A stretch of DNA of 64,000 bases from Gemmatimonadales bacterium (GTDB lineage Bacteria > Gemmatimonadota > Gemmatimonadetes > Gemmatimonadales > GWC2-71-9). The stretch lies in contig DASQIZ010000069.1 of NCBI GenBank assembly GCA_035631315.1, forward strand, positions 409-64,408. The letters are read 5' to 3'. Shown piece by piece: positions 30,750-42,279 of the stretch (the first letter of the stretch is position 1; the number at the start of each line of letters is the position of its first letter). The position numbers and the translations under genes were made by a program. The notes below the pieces were generated by a model. The model was not told the DNA's origin, made no database searches, and saw nothing but the letters and a program-made list of their open reading frames with translations.

Positions 30750-32088
30750 CAATGTGCTCCAGACCGATGACGTCGAGCCCGTCCACGCGCACGCGGGACC
30801 GCGCCGACAGGAAGGCCCGCCGGAATCCCTGACGACTCGCTTCGGCCAAGCGGCGTTCGATTCCGGCCACGGGGCGGATCTCGCCACCCAATCCCACTTC
30901 GCCGAGAAAGAGGGCGTCGGCGGGCGCGGGGCGGTCGTGAATGCTCGACACGAGTGCGGCGGTGACGGCGAGGTCGGTCGAGGGCTCCAGGAGGCGAACC
31001 CCGCCCGTCACATTGACGAAGACATCGAGATCGGAGAATGGGAGCCCGCCGCGACGCTCGAGGACGGCGAGCAGCACGGCGAGGCGGCGCTGATCGAATC
31101 CGGTTGCGACCCGCTGCGGCGTGCCGAACCCGGCCTTGGAGGCGAGTGCCTGGATCTCGACCAGCAGCGGGCGCGTCCCTTCCATCAGCGCCGTGACCGC
31201 GGACCCGGATACGCCGGTTTGCCGGCCGGCGAGGAACAGGGCAGCGGGATCGGGGACCGCTTCCAGTCCCGACGCCGTCATGCGGAAGACGCCGATCTCG
31301 TCCACGGATCCGAAGCGGTTCTTCACGGCACGGAGAATCCGGTGGTCGAGTGTCGCTTCGCCTTCGAAGTAGAGCACGGTGTCGACGATGTGTTCGAGGG
31401 TGCGCGGACCGGCGATACCGCCGCCCTTCGTGACGTGCCCGACGAGCACCACCGCGGGCCCCGCGTCCTTGGCGAACCGCATCATGCGCGCGGCGCACTC
31501 ACGGACTTGCCCGACGTTGCCGGGAGCGCCTTCCAACTCGTCTGTGTACGTGGTCTGAATCGAATCGACGAAGACGACCTGTGCGTTCAGCGCGGCGGCG
31601 TGGGCGACGAACGACTCGAGGCGCGTTTCGCCGAGGGCGTGCACCGCGTGGGCGTCGGCGCCCAGACGGTCGGCGCGGAGTCGAAGTTGATCCGGGGACT
31701 CTTCGCCGGAGACGTACATCGTGCGGATGCCGTTCTTCTCGAGCTGGGCGGCGGCCTGCAGCAGGAGCGTCGACTTGCCGATCCCCGGCTCGCCACCAAC
31801 CAGGACGAGGGACCCGGGGACGATCCCGCCACCGAGGACAAAGTCGAACTCGGCGATGCCGGTTTTCCAGCGTTCACGGCTGTTTCCGACGACGTCACCC
31901 AGGCGGGTCGGAGAGGTTCCGGCGAGGAGCGACGGCTGACGCCTGACGTCCGCAGCCTGACGTCGTTTCTCGGCCATCGGCTCCTCGACCAGCGAATTCC
32001 ACGCACTGCACGAATCACAGCGCCCCGCCCATTTCGGCTGCTCGGCGCCGCACTCGGTACAGCGAAATACCGAGCGGGCCTTAGCCAC
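30721..32088 (-). CDS. radA: DNA repair protein RadA (Sms)
   Basis: Zinc ribbon FRCTECGAEQPKWAGRCDSCSAWNS, Walker A GGEPGIGKST, KNRFG, Lon-like C-terminus. GTG 32088 or the track start 32115. Confidence 0.9.
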   Translation of the reverse strand: MAKARSVFRCTECGAEQPKWAGRCDSCSAWNSLVEEPMAEKRRQAADVRRQPSLLAGTSPTRLGDVVGNSRERWKTGIAEFDFVLGGGIVPGSLVLVGGEPGIGKSTLLLQAAAQLEKNGIRTMYVSGEESPDQLRLRADRLGADAHAVHALGETRLESFVAHAAALNAQVVFVDSIQTTYTDELEGAPGNVGQVRECAARMMRFAKDAGPAVVLVGHVTKGGGIAGPRTLEHIVDTVLYFEGEATLDHRILRAVKNRFGSVDEIGVFRMTASGLEAVPDPAALFLAGRQTGVSGSAVTALMEGTRPLLVEIQALASKAGFGTPQRVATGFDQRRLAVLLAVLERRGGLPFSDLDVFVNVTGGVRLLEPSTDLAVTAALVSSIHDRPAPADALFLGEVGLGGEIRPVAGIERRLAEASRQGFRRAFLSARSRVRVDGLDVIGLEHIGELARRLAA

Positions 32089-33502
32089 CAAGCACTTCCC
32101 CCGGAGGCCCGCCACTCCGTTCCGTGTAGTTGTCGAAGCGCGTGTATTCCTTCTTGAAGTACAGCTTCACGGTGCCGGTGGGCCCGTTCCGCTGCTTTCC
32201 GACGATCAGCTCGGCCAGCCCTTCGATGTTCTCGTCCGTCTTGGGATCCACCGGGCCATCGTAGAACTCCTGGCGGTAGATGAAACAGACCAGGTCGGCG
32301 TCCTGCTCGATGGCGCCGGATTCGCGGAGGTCCGACAGCTGAGGCCTGCGGTGTTCCCCGCCCCGCTGCTCCGGCGCCCGCGACAGCTGCGAAAGCGCCA
32401 GGACGGGGACGTTCAGCTCCTTGGCCAGCGCCTTGAGCGCCCGAGAGATGTACGAGATCTCCTGCTGGCGGCTCTCTACGTTGGTCGGGCCGGCCATCAG
32501 CTGCAGATAGTCCACCACCACGAGCCCGATGTCATGCTCAGCCTTGAGGCGCCGTGCCTTCGAGCGCATGGCGAGGGGCGTCAGAGCCGCGGAGTCGTCG
32601 ATCCAGATGGGCGCGGTGCCAAGGAGGCCGGCCGCGCGGGCGAGCTTGGGATAGTCGTCGTCCCGGAGGGCGCCGCGCCGGAGCCGTTGGGCATCGACGA
32701 GACCTTCGGAGCACAGGAGCCGCTGGACCAGCGCGTCCTTCGACATTTCCAGTGAGAAGATCGCCGTGCCGATGTTGTGCTCGATCGCGGCGTGCTGCAC
32801 CACGTTGAGCACGAACGCTGTCTTGCCCATCGAGGGGCGCGCCGCGATGATGACGAGATCAGCCTTCTGGAATCCGGCGGTCAGCCGATCCAGATCGACG
32901 AATCCGGATGCGACGCCGGTCACCGCGCCGGCACCGGCCTGCAGCTGCTCGATGCGCTCCATGGCGGGCCACACCAGCTCCTTCAGCCGGCTGAATTCCT
33001 CGGAGCGGCGGAGCTGGGCTACCTGGAAGACGCGGTGCTCGGCGTTGTCCAGCACCTCGCTCGACTCGGAGCCCGAATCGTAGACGTCCTGAATAATCTC
33101 CGTCGCCGCTTCCACCAGACGGCGGAGCACGGCCTTGTCGCGGACAATCCTGGCGTGATAAGTGACGTTCGCGGCGGTGGGTACCACATCGATGAGCGCG
33201 CCGACGTATTCCATTCCGCCGATGCGGTCGAGATCGCCGCGCCGCGTCAGCTCGTCGCCGAGCGTGACGGGATCGATGACCTCACGCTTCTCGGTGAGGC
33301 TGGACATCGCGCGGAACAGCACGCGATGGGCCTCCCGGTAGAACATGGTGTCGTCCAGCACCTCGACCGCCGACAGCGCCGCGTCCTGCGACAGCATCAT
33401 CGCACAGAGCACGGCTTGTTCGGCTTCGTTGCTCCAGGGCGGTTGCCGTCCGCCGAAGGTACGGTCAGGCGTCGAGGAGACGGCGGGCGAAGCGGACGTC
33501 AT
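32081..33502 (-). CDS. dnaB: replicative DNA helicase
   Basis: PPWSNEAEQAVLCAMM, ARPSMGKTAF, SQLSRAPEQR. Normal length (473 aa), so no intein. Confidence 0.9.
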   Translation of the reverse strand: MTSASPAVSSTPDRTFGGRQPPWSNEAEQAVLCAMMLSQDAALSAVEVLDDTMFYREAHRVLFRAMSSLTEKREVIDPVTLGDELTRRGDLDRIGGMEYVGALIDVVPTAANVTYHARIVRDKAVLRRLVEAATEIIQDVYDSGSESSEVLDNAEHRVFQVAQLRRSEEFSRLKELVWPAMERIEQLQAGAGAVTGVASGFVDLDRLTAGFQKADLVIIAARPSMGKTAFVLNVVQHAAIEHNIGTAIFSLEMSKDALVQRLLCSEGLVDAQRLRRGALRDDDYPKLARAAGLLGTAPIWIDDSAALTPLAMRSKARRLKAEHDIGLVVVDYLQLMAGPTNVESRQQEISYISRALKALAKELNVPVLALSQLSRAPEQRGGEHRRPQLSDLRESGAIEQDADLVCFIYRQEFYDGPVDPKTDENIEGLAELIVGKQRNGPTGTVKLYFKKEYTRFDNYTERSGGPPGEVLGG

Positions 33503-34283
33503 CCCAGGTCGGTTTCTTCCAATTCGGGTTTCTGAGCAGTGCGGCCGGGTGGTATGTCACCACGACGGGAATTCCCCGGAAACGATGCACCTTATTTCGC
33601 ATCGCGCCTAGTGCCTGCTTGGCGTCGAGCAAACTCTGCGCCGCGGTCCCACCCATTGCCAAAATCACTTTGGGTCGAACCAGGCCGATCTGGCGCCAGA
33701 GGTACGGCAGGCAGGAGGAGATTTCGTCGAACTGCGGCACGCGATTTTCCGGCGGCCGGCACTTCACGATATTGCAGATGTATACCTGCTCTCGTGGCAG
33801 CTGAATCGCCGCGAGAATCTTCGTCAACAATTCCCCCGCCTGTCCCACGAACGGACGGCCCGTTTCATCCTCGGTTCGTCCGGGCCCTTCCCCGACCACC
33901 ATCAGGCGCGCATCCTCCGCTCCCTCTCCGGGAACGGTGTTTGTCCGCGTCTCGCAGAGACGGCACTTTTGGCACTCTTTGACGAGCGTGGCCACGGCGG
34001 CCAGGCTCGGCGCCTCGCGGATCGGGTCCTTGGTGAACAGGTCGCCGGCGGGGGGATCGTAGATGATGCCGGGGGGAGCAGCCGGCATCTCCTCACTCTT
34101 CGACCCCGGGCTTGCGCCCGGGGTTATGAACGGCGTGTCTGCCTTTGATAACCCCGGACGGGAGTCCGGGGTGTCTGGTGGCGGAAATGCGTTTCTCGGA
34201 ATCACCACCTCGCCAGTCCCCAGCTTCTTCTGTTGTTCGAGATAGGCCCGCGCGAGCGCGCGCGGATCCCTGCCGTCAGTCAC
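33465..34283 (-). CDS. uracil-DNA glycosylase, family 4, with N-terminal Pro-rich extension
   Basis: CQKCRLCETRTNTVPGEGAEDARLMVVGEGPG and HPAALLRNP motifs. Confidence 0.8.
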   Translation of the reverse strand: MTDGRDPRALARAYLEQQKKLGTGEVVIPRNAFPPPDTPDSRPGLSKADTPFITPGASPGSKSEEMPAAPPGIIYDPPAGDLFTKDPIREAPSLAAVATLVKECQKCRLCETRTNTVPGEGAEDARLMVVGEGPGRTEDETGRPFVGQAGELLTKILAAIQLPREQVYICNIVKCRPPENRVPQFDEISSCLPYLWRQIGLVRPKVILAMGGTAAQSLLDAKQALGAMRNKVHRFRGIPVVVTYHPAALLRNPNWKKPTWDDVRFARRLLDA

Positions 34284-35470
34284 GAGAGCTTGGACTCCAC
34301 GGCGTCGAGGATCTTTTCAGCCACTTCACGCTTGGAGAGGAGAGGAAGGGCCTGCACGTCCCCGTCGCGGGTAATGATCGTCACCTTGTTCGTGCTGACT
34401 TCGAATCCGGCGCCCGGCTCGGTGGCATCGTTGAGCACGATCGCATCGAGGTTCTTCTCCTTCAGCTTCCGCTCGGCGTGCTTCATCCCGTCCCCGGTCT
34501 CGAGCGCGAACCCTACCATCAGGCACTCCTTCGGCCTCCTGAGAGAAGCGAGGACATCGGGGGTCGGGGCGAGGGCCAGGGTCAGCTTGCCCTTGGCGCG
34601 CGGCCGCTTGGTCTTTTCGGCCTTTGCGGGCTTGAAGTCGGCCGGAGCCGCGGCCATGAAGAGCGCCGAGGCGCCGCCGAGCACGCGCTGAACTTCGTTG
34701 TGGAGATCGTCGGTCGATTCGATGCGGATGACGGTGGCCCCGGACGGGGGAGCCAGGTCGGTCGGCCCGGCCACGAGCGTCACCACCGCGCCGCGGGCGA
34801 GCGCGGCTTCGGCGAGCGCATACCCCATCCGGCCTGACGAGGGGTTCGTGATCACCCGAACCGGATCCAGGTGTTCGCGCGTGGGCCCGGCGGTGACCAC
34901 CACGTGCCGCCCCCGCCACGGCCCCGCGGGCGCGAGGAGCCGGCGCACTTCACTGAGGATCGCCTCCGGCTCACTCATCCGGCCGGGGCGCTCACTCGGT
35001 CCTTCGGCCAGCGCGCCGACCTCGGGACCGACGAAGTGCCAGCCGCGGTCCCGCAGCGTCTGGAGGTTGGACTGGGTGGCGGGGTGCGCATACATCCCGT
35101 CGTTCATCGCAGGTGCCGCGAGAATCGGCGCGCTCCGGGCGACCAGAAGGGACGTGAGGAAATCATCGGCGAGCCCCTGCGCCGCGCGGGCGAGAAGCTG
35201 CGCGGTGGCCGGGGCTACGACCACGAGGTCGGGATGCTTGGCGAGATCGACGTGGGCCAGGGCGCGGCCCGGCTCCCAGAGGGAGGTAATCACCTTGCGG
35301 CCGGTGAGGGCTTCGAAGGTGAGGGGCCGCACGAACTCCGTCGCCGCCTGGGTCATGACCACGTCCACGATGGCGCCATCTTCGGTGAGGCGCCGGGCGA
35401 GGATGCAGGACTTGTAACAGGCGATACCGCCCGACACGCCGAGCACGACGTGGCGGCCGGCGAGTCGCAT
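34280..35470 (-). CDS. coaBC: bifunctional phosphopantothenoylcysteine decarboxylase / phosphopantothenate-cysteine ligase
   Basis: LGVSGGIACYK, PAMN..M, ITNPSSGRMG, AAPADFKP. Confidence 0.9.
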   Translation of the reverse strand: MRLAGRHVVLGVSGGIACYKSCILARRLTEDGAIVDVVMTQAATEFVRPLTFEALTGRKVITSLWEPGRALAHVDLAKHPDLVVVAPATAQLLARAAQGLADDFLTSLLVARSAPILAAPAMNDGMYAHPATQSNLQTLRDRGWHFVGPEVGALAEGPSERPGRMSEPEAILSEVRRLLAPAGPWRGRHVVVTAGPTREHLDPVRVITNPSSGRMGYALAEAALARGAVVTLVAGPTDLAPPSGATVIRIESTDDLHNEVQRVLGGASALFMAAAPADFKPAKAEKTKRPRAKGKLTLALAPTPDVLASLRRPKECLMVGFALETGDGMKHAERKLKEKNLDAIVLNDATEPGAGFEVSTNKVTIITRDGDVQALPLLSKREVAEKILDAVESKLS

Positions 35471-35682
35471 CAGCCTTCCTGGCGGCGCCGCCGCACCATC
35501 TTGAACTGCAGGTGCCCCTGCACCAGCTCCTGCAGGGCCCGGGTGGTGAGCTTCTCTTCGAACTCCACCGAGCGATCCCGGGGGAACTCGTTGACGAATC
35601 GCGCGAACTTCGCCGCGACCAGGACGCCGAGGTATTTGTTCTGGGTCTGATTCGCGACTTCAATCGGGGTGATGATCCGCAT
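35470..35682 (-). CDS. rpoZ: DNA-directed RNA polymerase subunit omega
   Basis: 70 aa; ..NKYLGVLVAAKFARF.. at the conserved position between gmk and coaBC. Confidence 0.8.
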   Translation of the reverse strand: MRIITPIEVANQTQNKYLGVLVAAKFARFVNEFPRDRSVEFEEKLTTRALQELVQGHLQFKMVRRRRQEG

Positions 35683-35691
35683 TGCTGCTCC

Positions 35692-36345
35692 TTATTCGGC
35701 CCCGGTCTGCTCCAGGGCCTCTGAGAGTCCAGTCAAGAACTCGTTCACGAGTGCCTGATATTGCGGCGGCCGCTCCGGAACGTCCTTCCCGTCGCGCGCG
35801 ATGCTCGCCACGGCCTTCACCGCCAAGTCCAGCTGATCATTCATGACCACGTAGTCGTACGTCTTCGATTCGAGCACTTCCCCGCGGGCGATCTCGAGCC
35901 GTTCGCGGATCTTTCCGATCCGGTCGGTGCGCCGGAACGTCAGCCGGCTCACCAAGGCCGCCGCACTCGGCGGGAGGATGAAGATGGCGACAGAGGCGGG
36001 CCGGTGGTATGCCTCCCGGACGGCGTGGGCGCCTTGAATCTCGATGTCCAGCACCACGTGACGGCCCGACGCCAGCACCCGGTCCACTTCGGCCTTCAGC
36101 GTGCCGTACCGCTCTCCCGCGTACTCCGCCCATTCCAGGAATTCGCCGGCCCCCACCTTGGCCTCGAACTCCGCCCGGCTCAGGAAGTGATAGGCCTCCC
36201 CGTTCACTTCCCCCGCACGCGGCGCGCGCGTGGTCGCGGACACCGAGTAGCCGAACTCCCTGGGCCAATCGGCCAGCAGCCGTTTCGCGATGGTCGTCTT
36301 GCCGCCACCCGAAGGCGACGACAGCACCACGACCTTCGGCGTCAC
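35692..36345 (-). CDS. gmk: guanylate kinase
   Basis: VVLSSPSGGGKTT, SATTRAPR.GE.NG..Y.F. Confidence 0.9.
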   Translation of the reverse strand: MTPKVVVLSSPSGGGKTTIAKRLLADWPREFGYSVSATTRAPRAGEVNGEAYHFLSRAEFEAKVGAGEFLEWAEYAGERYGTLKAEVDRVLASGRHVVLDIEIQGAHAVREAYHRPASVAIFILPPSAAALVSRLTFRRTDRIGKIRERLEIARGEVLESKTYDYVVMNDQLDLAVKAVASIARDGKDVPERPPQYQALVNEFLTGLSEALEQTGAE

Positions 36346-37220
36346 TCGAGATTCTCGAGCTGCTCCCGGAACCGTTCCAGCTCACCCTTCATGGCGATCA
36401 CCGTCTGCGTGATCTGCGCGTCGTTGGCTTTGGAGCCCATCGTGTTCACCTCGCGGAGGAGCTCCTGCGCGAGAAAGCCAAGCTGCTTGCCGACCGCCGC
36501 CGAACCCCGTAGCGCGTCGCGACAGGCAGCGACGTGGGTCCGGAACCGGACCAGCTCTTCGGTGATGTCGACCCGGTCCGCCATCAGCGCGATTTCGAGG
36601 GCCAACCGCTGCTCGTCGACGCGAACACCTGCCGCCAGCTCCGTCACCGACGCCTTCAATCGCTTCATCTCGGCGCTGAGCCGCTCGGGGGCTCGGACTT
36701 CGACTTTCTTGGCCCCCGCTTCGAGCGCATCGAGACGCGACAGAAGGTCACGCGCGAGCGCTTTGCCTTCCCGCTCTCGCATCGCCAAGACGTCCTTCGC
36801 GGCCGCCTCGACGATGGGCTGGATGTCGGCCCATTCGATGTCGGGCGAGCTCCCGTTCCCACCCGATCGCAGCACCTCGGGGTGCCGCGCCACGAGCCCG
36901 ACGTCCGGGTCCCCCTTCAGGCGGAGCTTCTTCTTCAAGTCGCGCATCGCGTCCACCACCGCGCGAGCCCGATCGAGGTCCACCGTGACGCCGTCCACGC
37001 CCGCAGGCGCCTCCACCCACCGCGCGGAGACCGACACGTGCCCGCGGTCGAGCAGCTGCCGGAGCCGCTCCCGCAGCTCACCCTCGGCGCCGGACAGCTC
37101 GCCGGGCAGCTTGAGCTGAGGGTTGTAGTAGCGGTGATTCACGGTGCGGATGTCGATCCGCAGCCGTCCACCCGCCACTGCCCCATCGGCGGAACCGAAC
37201 CCCGTCATGCTTCTTGGCAC
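36342..37220 (-). CDS. yicC: YicC family stress-induced protein
   Basis: MTGFG.. N-terminus and the C-terminal EVNTMGSKAND..I motif. Confidence 0.85.
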   Translation of the reverse strand: MPRSMTGFGSADGAVAGGRLRIDIRTVNHRYYNPQLKLPGELSGAEGELRERLRQLLDRGHVSVSARWVEAPAGVDGVTVDLDRARAVVDAMRDLKKKLRLKGDPDVGLVARHPEVLRSGGNGSSPDIEWADIQPIVEAAAKDVLAMREREGKALARDLLSRLDALEAGAKKVEVRAPERLSAEMKRLKASVTELAAGVRVDEQRLALEIALMADRVDITEELVRFRTHVAACRDALRGSAAVGKQLGFLAQELLREVNTMGSKANDAQITQTVIAMKGELERFREQLENLE

Positions 37221-39082
37221 AGTCCAGAAAGCTACCCGGGGAGCTCAATTATTGAAGGTCCAGCGGACTCCATAGACCTGCGCGTTCTTGGGGTAGTCCG
37301 AGCCGACGACGTACTGGGACCGCATGTAGTTGTTGTTGCGGATCTGCCAGAAGACCACCACCCCCGCGATCTGCATCTCGAGGTTGGTCTCGGTGAACGC
37401 GGCGCCATGGACCGGCTGCTGGCCGGCCACGGAAATCCCGCCCAGCGGTGACCGGCTCCACGATTCCGCCGCGTATTCCGCGCGCAGCCGGAAGATGCCA
37501 CTTCGGAACACCCGCCAGAACTTGGAGTCGAAGGTGAGTGAGTAGCGGCCGTGCGTGGGCGGCATGAAGGCGCCCCCACCGATCCGTGGCTGGTAGTACC
37601 AGCCGGAAAGCGTGAACCCCGGATAGGGCCGGATGCTGGCCTGAAAGGTCGCGACCGTGGTCTGCGGCGTGGGCGGCAGTGACCGCACCGCCGGGACTCC
37701 CAGCGCAAAGCCGATGGGCCTGTAAGGGTCGAGCCGTGCGGTCCCCGCTTCGACCGACGCGAAGCGGCTGTCCCAGCGTACCGCTCCGGAGTAGTCGACC
37801 GTGGTCTGCACTGAATCCTGCGCCAGCGCCGGCGCCTGGAGGTCCCGCGCCCAGGCAGCGTCACCTCGCAGGGAGAACCCGAGGGGAAGCGCGATTCCTG
37901 CCGAGCCGTGGGCGCGCGTGCCATGGCGTCCGCCACGGTACGCCGAGTGGCGGGCGTCGGCAGCCAGGGTGATCCACGGGAGCGGCGTCAGCGACGCGCG
38001 ACCGTCGAATCGCAGTGGCCACGTGCGATCAGAGAACGTGGCCGTCACGCCGACGGCCGCCCGATCGAGCGTCTCACTGAAATCGAACTGATCCTGCCAC
38101 ATCGACCGACTCACTTCCAACGCCGTGTCCCCACTCGCCGTCGTGGCAGAGAGCGCCGCCTGCGCGCGGAAGCCGAGTCCGTCGTCACGCTGTGCGTAGA
38201 AAGCGCGGAACATCGCATCCGAGCGCTTGGCCTTCCAATGTTGGATGGCGAGCGTCGTGTCCGTGACTCCCTGAACCTGCGGACTCTGGTCCCAACTCGA
38301 CACGATCAGCTCGTACTCGGCACCGTACTGGGGGCTCGGGATGTAGTCGCCCTTGAGCCAGACGTCGACGCCGTTGAACGGCGTGGTCGTCGTTCCCGGA
38401 TTGCCGTTGGTGTTGTTGTAGTCGGCGCCGAGAGTCAAACCGAATCCGGAGAGCCAGCGCTTTGCGAACCCGCCGCGGTATCCGGTGGTGGAGAACTGCC
38501 CCGTCTTCACGTCCACTTCGCTGGTCGCGAACGTCGACCGTTGTCGCATCGTGACGAGATAGACGCGCAGGGATCCCGGGAGCACCTGGACCTCAACCCG
38601 TTCCATGGGACCGAGAGGAATGCGCGCCGGGTCCAGCCACACGGAGTCGCGGCCGAGGGGCACGTACGGGACGCCGTCGAGGTAGACCTCGAGGGCGGCC
38701 GGTCCCCTGCCCGCGTAGAGCACGGGTTCTACCGCGCCGTAGAAACCCGGACGCGCGATGAACACGCCGGGGATGTGGTTCAACAAGTCCGACAGCGTGA
38801 CGATGTTCGAGAAGACGATCGAGTCGTGCGGGAAGACGTACCGGTCCCCGCGTGGCAGCGCCCCGCTCGGCACAGTGGCCGGCATCACCGGCAGGTAATG
38901 CGGGATCGTGTCCTTCGGTGTCGTGTCCTTCTTGGCGCCGAGCGTATCGGGGGGCGTCGTGTCACCCGGAGCCTGCGCGTGAGCCGTGTCCGCCGGTGGA
39001 CGCACCGGCTTCCGAGTGGTGTCGCTCTGTGCGCGAAGGGGCGCCGCTGCGGCTAAGCCTGCAGCGATTGCCAGCGCGAGCT

Positions 39083-40572
<1,490 letters not shown>

Positions 40573-40576
<4 letters not shown>

Positions 40577-41805
40577 TTGAGGTGCGCGATGATCGCGTCG
40601 GCGAAAGTGGAGGTCGGGACTTCGGTGGCGCCGGGCATCTGCCGGGCGAGGTCGTACGTGACCTTCTTGGCGGCGAGCGCCCCTTCGATGCCGGCGATGA
40701 TCGCCTTGCCGGCCGCTCCCCAGCCGATCTCCTCGAGCATCATCACGCCCGACAAGATCACACTGCCGGGGTTCACCTTGTCCTGCCCGGCGTACTTCGG
40801 CGCGGTCCCGTGCGTGGCCTCGAACACCGCGAAGCCGTCCCCGACATTCGCCCCGGGCGCCATGCCCAACCCGCCGACCTGCGCGGCGCAGGCATCCGAC
40901 AGATAGTCACCGTTCAGATTCGACGTCGCGATCACCGAGTACTCGTCAGGGCGCAGCAGGACCTGCTGGAACATCGCGTCGGCGATGCGGTCCTTCATGA
41001 CGATCTTGCCCTTCCCGCCCTCCGCTTCCGTAACCGTCTGCGTGGCGAACTTCTCCTTCGCGAGCTGGTAGCCCCAATCGCGGAACGCGCCCTCGGTGAA
41101 TTTCTGAATGTTCCCCTTGTGGACGAGGGTCACCGAGGCCTTGCCATGATCCACGGCGTATTGAATCGCCTTGGCCACCAGACGCTGAGATCCGAACTTG
41201 GACATCGGCTTCACGCCGATGGCGCTACCCTGCCGCAGCGTCTTCACGCCGAGCTGGTCGACGAGAAAGTCCCGCAACTTGTCTGCTTTCTCGCTCCCCG
41301 CTTCGAATTCGATCCCGGCGTACACATCCTCGATGTTCTCGCGGAAGATCACGACGTCGAGCCTCTGCGGCTCGCGCACCGGAGCCGGGACGCCGGCGAA
41401 CCACCGCACCGGCCGGATGCAGGCGTAGAGGTCGAGGAGCTGACGGAGGGCGACGTTGAGGGACCGCATCCCGCCACCCACCGGCGTGGTCAGTGGTCCC
41501 TTTATGGCGACCCGGTTCTCGCGGATCACCGCCAGCGTCTCGTCGGGCAGCCAGTTGCCGGTCGCCTTGAACGCCTTCTCGCCGGCCAGGACTTCCTTCC
41601 AGACGATGGCCCGCTTGCCGCCGAACGCCTTGGCGACGGCCGCGTCGAGCACGCGCTGCGAGGCCCGCCAGATGTCGGGACCGGTGCCGTCGCCTTCGAT
41701 GAATGGGATGATAGGGTGATCGGGAACGACCCAACGGCCACTCTGGTAGTCGATCTTGCCGCCGGCTTGAGGCACCGCGACCTCATCTCGAAGGGTTAGG
41801 GCCAT
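40573..41805 (-). CDS. icd: NADP-dependent isocitrate dehydrogenase
   Basis: [39 protein letters not shown]. Start at ATG 41805 (MALTLRDEV); the 61 upstream codons are rejected. Confidence 0.9.
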
Positions 41806-41823
41806 CCACAGGAAGCATGAGTC

Positions 41824-41831
41824 TATATATT
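41824..41831. promoter_or_regulatory. AT-rich TATATATT box in the 35-bp icd / small-ORF divergent gap (possible shared -10 element)
   Basis: It is the only AT-rich octamer in an otherwise GC-rich region. It lies 10 nt upstream of ATG 41841 and ~19 nt upstream of the icd ATG on the other strand. Confidence 0.25.
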
Positions 41832-41840
41832 CCCCTACCG

Positions 41841-42206
41841 ATGCCGCAACGACGGTCGCCGCTTCTCGCGCTGATCCTGACCCTGGCCCTGGTGGCGTAC
41901 CCCGCCACGATGCCTCTGGCCATGGCCGCCGAAGTGCCGGCGTCCATGCCGATGTCGATGGATGGGCACACCCCGTGCCCTCACGCACATCAGCCCGCGC
42001 ACCATCACCACGCCATCAGCACGTGTTGCGCGGGTGCCTGCGGCACCTGCCCCATCATCTCCGTCTCCGCAGGCGTTCCCCCCCGGATCGGCCCTTCCGC
42101 CCGGGTGATGGTGTTCCAGAACGACCTCCCCGCGTCGCCTGAACAGTCTGCCGTTCGTCGTCTCCCCTATTCCATCGGTCCTCCTCCCGCTTCCAGTCTC
42201 GCCTAG
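41841..42206 (+). CDS. secreted Met/His/Cys-rich small protein (DUF2946-like, putative copper-binding)
   Basis: Signal-like [29 protein letters not shown], then [22 protein letters not shown] and [12 protein letters not shown]. High GC3 in this frame; lies directly upstream of the TonB receptor. Confidence 0.5.
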   Translation: MPQRRSPLLALILTLALVAYPATMPLAMAAEVPASMPMSMDGHTPCPHAHQPAHHHHAISTCCAGACGTCPIISVSAGVPPRIGPSARVMVFQNDLPASPEQSAVRRLPYSIGPPPASSLA

Positions 42207-42279
42207 CACACCCACAACTGGGCCGTCTGGACTCCGGGACCGCGCGCTCGCGCTCCCGCTGACTTGCGTGAGGACACAC

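Noticed and set aside
32081-33502. Intein or insertion in dnaB / radA
   Set aside because: Both proteins have normal lengths (473 aa and about 455-464 aa) with contiguous conserved motifs.
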